From positions 25,112 through 89,111 of the forward strand of contig JBMNLE010000003.1 in assembly GCA_050952565.1 (NCBI GenBank): a stretch of 64,000 nucleotides of DNA. The letters are read 5' to 3'. Under the pieces are notes generated by a model. The model did not search any database. It saw only the letters and a list, made by a program, of their open reading frames with translations, and was not told the DNA's origin. Both the position numbers and the translations under genes were made by a program. The stretch comes from Christensenellaceae bacterium (GTDB lineage Bacteria; Bacillota; Clostridia; Christensenellales; Christensenellaceae). Of this stretch, positions 47,748 to 56,436 are shown piece after piece. Within the stretch, counting starts at the first letter, position 1. Every line of letters begins with the position of its first letter.

Positions 47748-48050
47748 ATGACGCGACTTACCATGCCCACGCCCACAGGCGATCATTATTGCGTGGAAGA
47801 ACAATATATTAAAAAAGATAAAATTGGTTATTATGGAGAAGCCATCGAGAAGCTGGCGCGTTATGAAAATCTATATGATTCTTTCTTGACCAAACTCTCC
47901 CAAACCGAAACAGAAATGGAATCCTTGCGCAACGAAAAGAAAACCGAGAGTGTCCGTTTTCGCCAATTGTTTGCCAACAAAATGATGTTACAAAGCACGC
48001 TTGCCTCTTTTCAAGTCTATGGGCTCCATACACCGGAAGAGGAGATATAG
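47748..48050 (+). CDS. Hypothetical protein (100 aa, coiled-coil)
   Basis: SD AAGGAG; co-oriented in the operon. Confidence 0.68.
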   Translation: MTRLTMPTPTGDHYCVEEQYIKKDKIGYYGEAIEKLARYENLYDSFLTKLSQTETEMESLRNEKKTESVRFRQLFANKMMLQSTLASFQVYGLHTPEEEI

Positions 48051-48052
48051 CC

Positions 48053-48718
48053 ATGCAAAAAAGAGCGCCGCGTTTATCTGTTGTTTTACTCTCTTATCTG
48101 GGCATTGTTCTTGCATGGTCTTTGTTTTATCTATGCATCGCGCCTTGGAGAGAAGCGTTGGCCTTCCCGTTTTCAGAGCTTCTTTCACAGGCTTGCAAGC
48201 TCCTCATCTGGGCGCTGCCTGCCTTCCTTTTGATTCGGAAATATAGCGATACGCTCTTTTTTTCTTGGGAGACGCTTTTCCGCAGCTCTTTTCCAACCAA
48301 GCAAGTATCTTTGCTTTCTCTTGCAATTTTATTGTTCTGCATATTGCGCAGCCTCCTTTCCAACGGAAGAATTGTATTTCATGTTGATGCGCTGGCTGAA
48401 AAGTTTATCAGCACTGTTTTGTTTGTAGACCTGACAGAAGAGCTTGTCTTTCGCGGCTGGTTGCTAAATGCAACTTGGAAACGCGTCAAAAATTGGCTTG
48501 TTCTTTTGCTAAATGCGCTTTTGTTTTTGTGCATTCATTTTCCGTTATGGGTTTTTGAAGGTTCTTTTGCCGCAAATTTCGCCAATGGCTCTTTTCTTAC
48601 AATATGTTTGCTTAGCTTACTTTTTTCTTATGTTTTTTTGTCCAGCAAAAATATTTGGGCAACCATAACGCTTCATATGGTTTGGAATTTTTGCATTATT
48701 TTATTTTTTGGCCTCTAA
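48053..48718 (+). CDS. CPBP (CAAX-type) intramembrane metalloprotease
   Basis: EELVFRG, F..IH, HMVWN. Confidence 0.87.
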   Translation: MQKRAPRLSVVLLSYLGIVLAWSLFYLCIAPWREALAFPFSELLSQACKLLIWALPAFLLIRKYSDTLFFSWETLFRSSFPTKQVSLLSLAILLFCILRSLLSNGRIVFHVDALAEKFISTVLFVDLTEELVFRGWLLNATWKRVKNWLVLLLNALLFLCIHFPLWVFEGSFAANFANGSFLTICLLSLLFSYVFLSSKNIWATITLHMVWNFCIILFFGL

Positions 48719-48827
48719 TCTATCTTCCCGCTAGAGATATGTCCCCTTTGCTATTATTTCCTATTTCGTCTATACTATTGGAATCATATAGAATAACAAT
48801 TCACCACATTAAGAAAGGAACGCTTCC

Positions 48828-49865
48828 ATGAAAATTGCTTTTTTTGATACAAAGCCATATGATAAACTTTACTTTGCTCCTTTTGCAGCAGAAAAAGGTT
48901 ATGAGATTGATTTTTTTGAATACAAATTAAAAAAAGATACCGCCCAACTGACAAAGGGTTATGATGTGGTCTGTGTTTTTGTCAATGACTCTGTAGACGA
49001 GGATGTAATAAACACACTTTATGAAAATGGCGTACGCCTCATCGCGCTTCGTTCTGCAGGCTATAATCATGTGGATTTTAAAGCAGCCTTTGAAAAAATT
49101 CATGTGGTGCGCGTTCCCGAGTATAGCCCCGCCGCCATTGCCGAACATGCTGCAGCGTTACTGCTTTCCATCAACAGGAAAGTACACCGCGCCTATGTGC
49201 GCACACGGGAAAATAATTTTAGCATCAACGGGCTAATGGGATTTGATTTGCGCGGTAAAAAAGCAGGCGTAATTGGTACAGGAAAAATCGGCCGCTTGTT
49301 TATTGAAATCATGCGTGGCTTCGGTATGGATGTAATCGCGTATGATCCTTATCCATTGCAGAATAGTGATATTGTATACGTCTCTCTTGATACACTTCTC
49401 GCCTCCGCAGATATCATTTCCATGCATTGTCCGCTGACACCTGAAACGCACCATATGATCAATAAAAATAGCATTGCACAAATGAAAAAAGGCGTGCTTT
49501 TTGTTAATACATCAAGGGGCGCGCTTGTGGATACGCCTGCGCTGATTGATGCATTAAAAGCAGGGCAGATTGGTGCGGCTGGTCTGGATGTTTATGAAGA
49601 GGAAGAACGTTATTTCTTTGAAGATTTTTCCGATCAAGTGGTAGGCGATGATGAGCTAACCATACTACTCTCTTTGCCCAATGTACTACTCACTGCGCAC
49701 CAAGCATTCTTTACAAAAGAGGCAATGGAGACCATTGCACGGGTTACAATAGATAATATAGCGTCTTTTGCGGCAGAGGAGGTGCTTACAAACGAAGTTT
49801 GTTACCAATGCCAAGAATTTGGTACCAAATGCAAAAAAGAAGCTGGCGCAAAACGCTGCTTCTAA
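48828..49865 (+). CDS. ldhA: D-2-hydroxyacid (D-lactate) dehydrogenase
   Basis: LRSAGYNHVD, VPEYSP..IAEH, GTGKIG, NTSRG, LDVYEEE, AHQAF. Confidence 0.9.
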   Translation: MKIAFFDTKPYDKLYFAPFAAEKGYEIDFFEYKLKKDTAQLTKGYDVVCVFVNDSVDEDVINTLYENGVRLIALRSAGYNHVDFKAAFEKIHVVRVPEYSPAAIAEHAAALLLSINRKVHRAYVRTRENNFSINGLMGFDLRGKKAGVIGTGKIGRLFIEIMRGFGMDVIAYDPYPLQNSDIVYVSLDTLLASADIISMHCPLTPETHHMINKNSIAQMKKGVLFVNTSRGALVDTPALIDALKAGQIGAAGLDVYEEEERYFFEDFSDQVVGDDELTILLSLPNVLLTAHQAFFTKEAMETIARVTIDNIASFAAEEVLTNEVCYQCQEFGTKCKKEAGAKRCF

Positions 49866-49882
49866 GCAAACACGCACATTTT

Positions 49883-49918
49883 AAAGCCGGACATTCCTTT
49901 TAGAATATCCGGCTTTTT
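49883..49918. terminator. Bidirectional terminator
   Basis: AAAGCCGGA...TCCGGCTTT. Confidence 0.8.
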
Positions 49919-49941
49919 CATTATCAATTGATTCCCTCTCT

Positions 49942-50373
49942 CTATTTTGTTTTATCACGATATGTTACAATTCTATAAGCCAACTTATATATCAAGACCG
50001 ATGCACAAATAGAATATATAAAATTCACCAAAACGTACAGATAGAGGCTATCTATGTATCGCATTATTAGAAACGCCGCAAGCAACATTGCTACGCCTGA
50101 AAGCGGCAAAAGCAACCATCGATTTATACTTGGGTTCAACAATCTTGCTTCATATGTTTCATCGCGGCTTTTTTGCAAATTCACTTTTTGTGCCGAAATA
50201 AAGTGAAGGATAACAATCCCTGCATATAACAAAATCAAAAACCCAATTGAAAAAGTTACCCATTCGTATTCCAATGGCGCAAATTTAAATAAATGCAAAA
50301 AGAGAAATGTCAGCACCGCATATTCTGAAATCATTAATATTTTATATCCTTTGGGAGAAAATATTTTTCCCAT
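49942..50373 (-). CDS. Hypothetical membrane protein (about 4 TM)
   Basis: 143 aa hydrophobic ORF, SD GAGG. Confidence 0.62.
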   Translation of the reverse strand: MGKIFSPKGYKILMISEYAVLTFLFLHLFKFAPLEYEWVTFSIGFLILLYAGIVILHFISAQKVNLQKSRDETYEARLLNPSINRWLLLPLSGVAMLLAAFLIMRYIDSLYLYVLVNFIYSICASVLIYKLAYRIVTYRDKTK

Positions 50374-50376
50374 GCC

Positions 50377-51330
50377 CTATTCCTCTTCTGTTGTCATATG
50401 CCCAAATACAAACGCAAATACGCGCTTCCAATATTCTTCTCCCAATACTGCTGATGCCGCGCCATGTCCTGCGCCGGGCACCAATATTTTTTCTTTGGGT
50501 ACGTCCGCTGCTGCATAAACCTCTTCCAGCATGTTTGCCGGCACAAATGTATCTTCGCTGCCATGCACAAATAAAATTGGAACCGTTGCTTTTTTCAACT
50601 GACGTATTGCACTGGCCTCCCCCAGCGTAAACCCTGCGCGCAGTTTGGCAACAGCTGTCGCAGCGTACATGATGGGAAACTTGGGAAGCTGAAACAAAGC
50701 TTTTAGCTGATAGGAAAATTCATCCCATGCTGAGGTATACCCGCAATCTTCCACTATCACTTTTACTTGCGGTGACAGCGCCTCTCCTGCCGTCATCATC
50801 ACTGTCGCAGCGCCCATGGAAACACCAAAAAGCATAATTTCTGCGGCCTTATCTTGTTTTGTGAGAAACGCGATCCATTCTAAAATATCTAATCTGTCAT
50901 GCCATCCCATGCCAATATATTTGCCTTCACTGGTGCCATGCCCACGAGCATCTGGTAACAGCACAGAAAAGCCTTCCTCCCCAAAACGCTTGCCTGCGCC
51001 TATCATCTGCATTCCTTCTGCCGTATAGCCATGGCAAATAATCGCGTATCGATGCGTTTCTTCTTTTTGCTTCATAAACCAGCCGTGCAATTTCAATCCA
51101 TCAAATGAAGTAATATGCACAACTTCTTTTTCCGCCTCGAACCAAGCATTGTCCGCGTCTTTTTCTTGTTCCTCTATATCTCCCATATCCATTTCATTGT
51201 GTGGCGCGCCAAAAACCACATCTCTATTCGTTCCCGGCACCAACGCCAAACGATAAAAATAGTTGCCTGCCAAAAAAAATACAATCAGAAGTATGAGAAG
51301 TAGGGAAACAATTAATATAATCATATACAT
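50377..51330 (-). CDS. Membrane-anchored alpha/beta hydrolase
   Basis: N-terminal TM, HGY, DARGHG, GVSMG, HGSED, GAGH. Confidence 0.9.
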   Translation of the reverse strand: MYMIILIVSLLLILLIVFFLAGNYFYRLALVPGTNRDVVFGAPHNEMDMGDIEEQEKDADNAWFEAEKEVVHITSFDGLKLHGWFMKQKEETHRYAIICHGYTAEGMQMIGAGKRFGEEGFSVLLPDARGHGTSEGKYIGMGWHDRLDILEWIAFLTKQDKAAEIMLFGVSMGAATVMMTAGEALSPQVKVIVEDCGYTSAWDEFSYQLKALFQLPKFPIMYAATAVAKLRAGFTLGEASAIRQLKKATVPILFVHGSEDTFVPANMLEEVYAAADVPKEKILVPGAGHGAASAVLGEEYWKRVFAFVFGHMTTEEE

Positions 51331-51398
51331 TTTTCTCCAATTTCGTACCATATTTATTGCAAGGTTTTTGCTATACATTTTTATTATACCAAGCAAAT

Positions 51399-51429
51399 AA
51401 AAAACATGCAGCCATCAGGCTGCATATTT
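51399..51429 (-). terminator. Intrinsic terminator
   Basis: ATGCAGCC-TGAT-GGCTGCAT plus T tract on the minus strand. Confidence 0.8.
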
Positions 51430-51460
51430 CAGCAATTTCGTTTTGTAATCATCTTTTTTG

Positions 51461-52645
51461 TCAAAGCGTCTTTCGCCATGTATTTTCCCATTCCAGCTTT
51501 TGCTCCAATAGGCAAAGTCTTTCGCCATTCATATAGACCCATTTATATTCTGTAGGGTAATCTCCGTTTTCATCTCTCTCCGTTTCAATTCTAATTTCTA
51601 GCCCATCCTGCAGCTCTTCTATTTGCTGCCCGGCAGCATATTCATGGTATAGGGTTTTTACCATGTCTTGTCTTAGCGCAGGATAACTTTCAAAAATTTG
51701 TCGCAATGCAGTTTTTGCCTTCTTATCTTGAAATTGATTATAAAACACATATAAAAAATCTGCGTTCTTCTCCGGCGCTGCAAGAAATGTTGCCAGCGCT
51801 GCATTGATGTTCAAACCCCCGTTGCCCAGTATGCTTTGCATGCTGTATTTTTCATATGGCGCCAAATTTTCCATTTGTTCCAGTTCCGCTGCCACACTGC
51901 TTTTCATCACCGGCTTCACCAAAAGAAGTGCATCTCTGCCCTCTTCTCTATAAAGCCAAACGAGAAAATCTGCCGTAACATGTTCTTTGATTGCGTTTTT
52001 CAACATGCCTTCATAAATATCTCTGGAAGAAGGATAGTTAAGCGTACGGTGTTCCCATTTCGCGCTTTCCCAAACCCCTTGTGCCAATTTCAGTGCTTCT
52101 GCCTTGCTTATTTTTTGTGCAGCCAATTGTTTTTTTGCCGTTTCTTTGTCTGCAGGTGTGGCAAACCTGCTGTGTAATATTTCAACCGGCAGCAATCTGC
52201 CACCCATCTCTGCAAGCACTGCATCGCATGCTTGTTTTACAACCCGCGCGCCATCTTTTTTATAAACATAATCTGTAAGAGGCTTGCGCATTTTATAACC
52301 ATATGCGCTATCCGGTACAACTTCCATCTCTTCAAACATCAATTTTAATGTACTGGCGATGGCATCCATGGCATCTCGATAATTTTGTTTGTTTTTGATT
52401 TTTTTGTTGTACTTTTCTTTTCGTTTATCTCCATCAAACAAATCAAACCCTGCATAATGCAACAGACGATACAAAAGCGTCTCTTGATAATCGCTGCTGA
52501 GCGCTTCATGAAATTGCTCCGCATATGCTTCAATTGCTTCTCTGCGTACTTCCTTATCTTTGTGAAAAAAGTACTTCTCCGGCAAAATATCAATGCCGTA
52601 CTTCCCATATGCTTTTTGTAAATCCACTTTGAATAACGCCATCAT
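51461..52645 (-). CDS. Hypothetical protein (394 aa), possible late +1 frameshift
   Basis: Long ORF with SD AGGAG; no recognised motif. Confidence 0.72.
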   Translation of the reverse strand: MMALFKVDLQKAYGKYGIDILPEKYFFHKDKEVRREAIEAYAEQFHEALSSDYQETLLYRLLHYAGFDLFDGDKRKEKYNKKIKNKQNYRDAMDAIASTLKLMFEEMEVVPDSAYGYKMRKPLTDYVYKKDGARVVKQACDAVLAEMGGRLLPVEILHSRFATPADKETAKKQLAAQKISKAEALKLAQGVWESAKWEHRTLNYPSSRDIYEGMLKNAIKEHVTADFLVWLYREEGRDALLLVKPVMKSSVAAELEQMENLAPYEKYSMQSILGNGGLNINAALATFLAAPEKNADFLYVFYNQFQDKKAKTALRQIFESYPALRQDMVKTLYHEYAAGQQIEELQDGLEIRIETERDENGDYPTEYKWVYMNGERLCLLEQKLEWENTWRKTL

Positions 52646-52656
52646 GCTGCTCCTAC

Positions 52657-53556
52657 TCAGTTTTCAAAAAAGGTCAGTTGCTTTCTTTCATAACGCCTAC
52701 TGTTCTCTGCAACAATTTCATGCATTTTGTATCGCAGTCCATATGCTTTGCAGGCTTCTGTAAATAATCTATAAAGCGCTTTGCTTCTTGGGCTTTAGCA
52801 ACTATATGTATTGCCAAAAACTCGAATGTACTGTTCTTTTATGCCTGGAAAATCTCGGTGCAACGCTTCAAAAAAATGTGTGCGCTGCCGGTCTCGTAGC
52901 GTTACCCCAAATCCTCCGTATGTATAAATATAGCGCGCGCCCGCTTTGTGCGCCGCTTCTACAATGCCAATGATGTTTTCTTCTGTATCATTGATAAACG
53001 GCAAAACCGGCATCAGTAGAACGCCTGTGTAAATCCCTGCAGCAGCCAATGCTTTTATTGCTGCAAAACGTTCGCTTGATTTCGCCACGCGCGGCTCTAT
53101 TTTCTCTGCCAGTGCATCTTCCGCGCATGTGATGGTAATGCCTATATTCACCGGCGCATGCTGCATAATTTCTTGCAATAAATGGATATCTCTTGTCACA
53201 AGGCTTGATTTTGTATTGATGGCAACGCCAAAATGATTTTTTTGAATCAGCTTTAACGCGCCCCACGTTAACTGCATTGTTGCTTCCCAAGGATTATAAG
53301 GATCGCTCATGGCGCCCGTCATTACAATTCCTTTTTTTCGCTTGGCTGGAAGTTCTCGCGCGAGAATCGTAAGTGCATTTTCTTTGGCACGCACACGGTC
53401 AAAATCCTCTATTCTGTAACACTCACTTCTGCTGTCACAATAAATACAGCCATGCGAACAACCACGATATATGTTCATGTTGTATTGCGCGCCAAACCAT
53501 CCGCCTTTTTCTTGGTATCCTGATAAAATTGTTTTTGCCGGAACTGTAGGTAACAT
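52657..53556 (-). pseudogene. Radical SAM protein (SplB-like group) with an in-frame TAA at 52795-52797
   Basis: CSHGCIYCD, SDPY, TKS; frame continues *SPRSKALYRLFTEACKAYGLRYKMHEIV...QLTFFEN to TGA 52657. Confidence 0.83.
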
Positions 53557-53568
53557 ATGCCTTTTTTA

Positions 53569-54243
53569 TTATTGTTGCTTCTCTTCTGCAAAACACCATT
53601 TTTTGATTATCGGTTGCAATGGTTTTGCAAAAAGAGACATGACTTTCCCGATCACCAGTGCCGATAACACAGTGCCTTCTCTTACAACGCCCTCCAATAA
53701 GCCTTTTTTGAAGCCAAATCCAATGACGCTAATGAGCACCGCCAGCGCCACGCTGGTACAATCTAAAATGGTTTTTATTTGGTGAAACGGCTTTTTGCTT
53801 TTTTCTGCAATTGCCATTGCCATTCCCTCCATGGGCATGGGTACAATATCTGCTGTCAAATAAAAAACCAACCCTAGCGCAATAAATATAATGCTCAGCG
53901 CCAGCATAGCAAGCCGCCCAAAGTAAGTGGGGATGATAAAATCGCCCAGCAAGCTACCTGTAAACGTAACAAAATAGCCAAAAATTGTGGAAAACACAAT
54001 TTGCAACAAATCTTTTAATTTAAACGCACTGCGCAAAATAAGCGCCTGTATCCCTACGTATGCCAAAAAAATAATCGTAACACACCAGCCGCGGTCAAAC
54101 CCTGTTACATTACTGACCGAAACAGGAAATGAATTCACCGGTGAAACACCTAGGTTTGAATTAATAGATACGTTTACGCCAACCGCAATGAGTAAAATAC
54201 CAAATAAATAGCATAAAACGCAGTTTATCACTCTTCTTTTCAT
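53569..54243 (-). CDS. YczE/YyaS/YitT-like membrane protein
   Basis: LGVSPVNS, P..MEG, VREGTVLSAL..G. Confidence 0.8.
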   Translation of the reverse strand: MKRRVINCVLCYLFGILLIAVGVNVSINSNLGVSPVNSFPVSVSNVTGFDRGWCVTIIFLAYVGIQALILRSAFKLKDLLQIVFSTIFGYFVTFTGSLLGDFIIPTYFGRLAMLALSIIFIALGLVFYLTADIVPMPMEGMAMAIAEKSKKPFHQIKTILDCTSVALAVLISVIGFGFKKGLLEGVVREGTVLSALVIGKVMSLFAKPLQPIIKKWCFAEEKQQ

Positions 54244-54377
54244 CTTCTCTCCTCATCTCTTCTCTTAGAAATAATCTCTTGTATTATACTTTCTTTTTTT
54301 ATACAGTACAACCATCCTCTCCGTTTTTCATAGGAATATGTTATACTAAAAGCAATCATTTTATGGAGGTAGTTGAG

Positions 54378-54527
54378 ATGGAAGAAAAAAGAGTTTGTAA
54401 AAACACACATCCCTGTACTTGCCCCAATGAAAACTGTAGCCGGCATGGCACTTGTTGCGATTGCGTCGCACATCATATGGCGCAAGGCAATATACCCATG
54501 TGCGTGCGAGAATTAAACGTAAAATAA
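54378..54527 (+). CDS. Small Cys/His-rich protein (DUF6485-like)
   Basis: CTCPNENCSRHGTCCDCVAHH..IPMC; SD GGAGG; family name from memory. Confidence 0.75.
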   Translation: MEEKRVCKNTHPCTCPNENCSRHGTCCDCVAHHMAQGNIPMCVRELNVK

Positions 54528-54553
54528 AAGGTTCTGCCTAGGCAGAACCTTTT
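54526..54553. terminator. Bidirectional terminator
   Basis: AAAAGGTTCTGCC-TA-GGCAGAACCTTTT perfect palindrome. Confidence 0.88.
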
Positions 54554-54695
54554 TTTCCGTTGGGCCTTATGCAGCATGCGTGATATACATGACTGTGGGG
54601 AATAAATCAATAAACAGGGTATTAGGGTAGGGAGTTTCCTCCCAATAGAAGGATAGTACTGCATAAGATTCCCAATGGTGGTTTATTCTTTTTTC
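54526..54695 (-). ncRNA. Candidate structured sRNA of about 165 nt
   Basis: Promoter TTGAAA-17-TATGAT upstream; closing stem CUUAUGCAG/CUGCAUAAG; GGGAG-GAAA-CUCCC hairpin; terminator. Confidence 0.45.
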
Positions 54696-54701
54696 AATTT
54701 C

Positions 54702-54730
54702 ATCATACTTCCTGGTAAGCTTTTTTTCAA
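54702..54730 (-). promoter_or_regulatory. Sigma-A promoter with no downstream CDS
   Basis: TTGAAA (54730-54725)-17 bp-TATGAT (54707-54702). Confidence 0.62.
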
Positions 54731-54755
54731 TTCACAAAAACAAAGATATGTATAT

Positions 54756-55394
54756 CTATTTTGCTTTTTGCAAAACGCGGAAAATATTTTGTGCGCGCTT
54801 ATCAAATCCTTGATAGCCATCATCTCGCGCAAGAGGCTGCACCAACTGTAAATACTCTTTTGGTGATAGCTTTTTATGATGAATCAGCCATTTCTCAATG
54901 GAAACAAGGTATGCATCTGCGTAAAATTCGGCAAATACATGTCTATCTTCTTCCAGTATATAAACTTCATCTATATAAATGAATGTGATGACTTCCAAAA
55001 TTCTTGCGAAATATGCGCGAAAAGAATTTTGCCCATCATAGGATAGCGCGGCAATGTAAAACGTATCATGTTCTCGTAAATAAGTAAGATATGCTTCGCA
55101 AATTTTATTAATCATCTTTCTTGGAATTTGCGGCAAAACATCTCTTAACATTTCTTCAAGCGAGCAATGCTTTTCTTTTTCAATCAATCCAAAAGTATAC
55201 AGCAATCGTTTCATATCCATTTCAAAAATCCAAATGAGCAACTCATATTTATCTTCAAAATAGTTGTAAAAACTTTTCCGTGACAAGCCTGCTTCTTTAC
55301 ATAAATCACTGACACGGATTTTCTGAAAAGATTCTTCTTTCAATAACCGTTTTAATGTGTCGGCAAAAATGTGTTGTGTGCCCTGTGCGTACAT
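54756..55394 (-). CDS. TetR/AcrR family regulator
   Basis: FQKIRVSDLCKEAGLSRKSFYNYFEDKYEL HTH; SD AAGGAG. Confidence 0.9.
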   Translation of the reverse strand: MYAQGTQHIFADTLKRLLKEESFQKIRVSDLCKEAGLSRKSFYNYFEDKYELLIWIFEMDMKRLLYTFGLIEKEKHCSLEEMLRDVLPQIPRKMINKICEAYLTYLREHDTFYIAALSYDGQNSFRAYFARILEVITFIYIDEVYILEEDRHVFAEFYADAYLVSIEKWLIHHKKLSPKEYLQLVQPLARDDGYQGFDKRAQNIFRVLQKAK

Positions 55395-55526
55395 ACGCTT
55401 CACTCCTTTGATGTACAACAATTCACAAGATACAAATAGAGATGCCAAGAACCGGGTCTTTTCCATACATGCCCGGGATTCGCTGACAGGATAAAAATTT
55501 AAGAAAAGAAAAAACGCAACCCCGAT

Positions 55527-55581
55527 ACTAACGAATGTTTGTTCGTATTTTTATAATAACAAACTATCGTTCGTTTGTCAA
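55527..55581 (-). promoter_or_regulatory. tetR promoter with two related 20 bp inverted-repeat boxes
   Basis: TTGACA-17-TATTAT; ACAAAC-N8-GTTTGT (55559-55578) and ACGAAC-N8-GTTAGT (55527-55546). Confidence 0.72.
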
Positions 55582-55591
55582 TCATATTTTG

Positions 55592-55617
55592 AAAAAAAGA
55601 GAGGAGCTCCTCTCTTT
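55592..55617 (-). terminator. Intrinsic terminator
   Basis: AAAGAGAGGAGCTCCTCTCTTT palindrome with T tract. Confidence 0.82.
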
Positions 55618-56389
55618 AAGATAAAATTTGCATTTCACGCTTTATGAATATGACCTCTTGCAACCCAAACCGATTTCGCAGCACTTGTGCGTAGCGCTGG
55701 TCTGTCCCAAGATCCTTCGCCATATGGGCATCTGAGCCAATGGTGAGATATTTTCCGCCGCAATCTTTATAAATTGCAAGAATCTCTTCATCCGGCATCG
55801 CTTGCTGCAATCCCTTGCGCAGTGAAGATGTGTTGATTTCAATGCACAAATCTTTTTTCACAATTGCCTTACAAATCTCTTCGATCTTTTCCGCATCCAA
55901 AACAATCCGTTTGTAATATCGCTTTAAAAAGTCCATATGCGCCACACAGTCAAACCCGCCCAGCGAGACAACCTCTTGCATCTCTTTCCAATATTCCGCC
56001 GAGCTTTCTTCAACAGATATACCCCGCGCGATGAGTGTTTCAGGAAACATCGTGCGGCGAATACAATGCAGGCTCCCCAGCACAAAATCATATGGGTATG
56101 CATTCATCTCTTTTAACTCTTTTTGATACAAATGCGGCTCTGAAAATTCCATACCCGCAAGCAAGCAAAGAGAATCTTTATATTTTTTCTGTAGCCGCTC
56201 CAACTCTGTAAAATACGCATCTTTGTCATAGAAATTATAACCATAATCGGTATCATTGAATTCCACATGTTCTGTAAAGCAGATTACATTGAACCCTTTT
56301 TCTTTTGCTATGTGGCAATAGTTTTCCATTGCCTCCGTTGAATCTACAGAAAATTTTGTATGTACATGCATATCGCATAAGCGCGCCAT
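55616..56389 (-). CDS. HisJ-family (PHP) histidinol-phosphatase-like protein
   Basis: DMHVHT.FS.DS, TEH, GSLH, AHMD, EINTS, GSDAH. Confidence 0.87.
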   Translation of the reverse strand: MARLCDMHVHTKFSVDSTEAMENYCHIAKEKGFNVICFTEHVEFNDTDYGYNFYDKDAYFTELERLQKKYKDSLCLLAGMEFSEPHLYQKELKEMNAYPYDFVLGSLHCIRRTMFPETLIARGISVEESSAEYWKEMQEVVSLGGFDCVAHMDFLKRYYKRIVLDAEKIEEICKAIVKKDLCIEINTSSLRKGLQQAMPDEEILAIYKDCGGKYLTIGSDAHMAKDLGTDQRYAQVLRNRFGLQEVIFIKREMQILS

Positions 56390-56436
56390 TTGCTTTTCTC
56401 CCGCTATCATTATTTCCCTACCAGCATACCCAAAAA

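Noticed and set aside
41022-52797. Stop-codon reassignment of the genome
   Set aside because: One internal TAG and one internal TAA only; TAA, TAG and TGA all end intact genes here
54473-54664. 63-aa minus-strand ORF inside the sRNA candidate
   Set aside because: Weak SD, crosses a strong terminator, and overlaps the plus-strand Cys-rich gene
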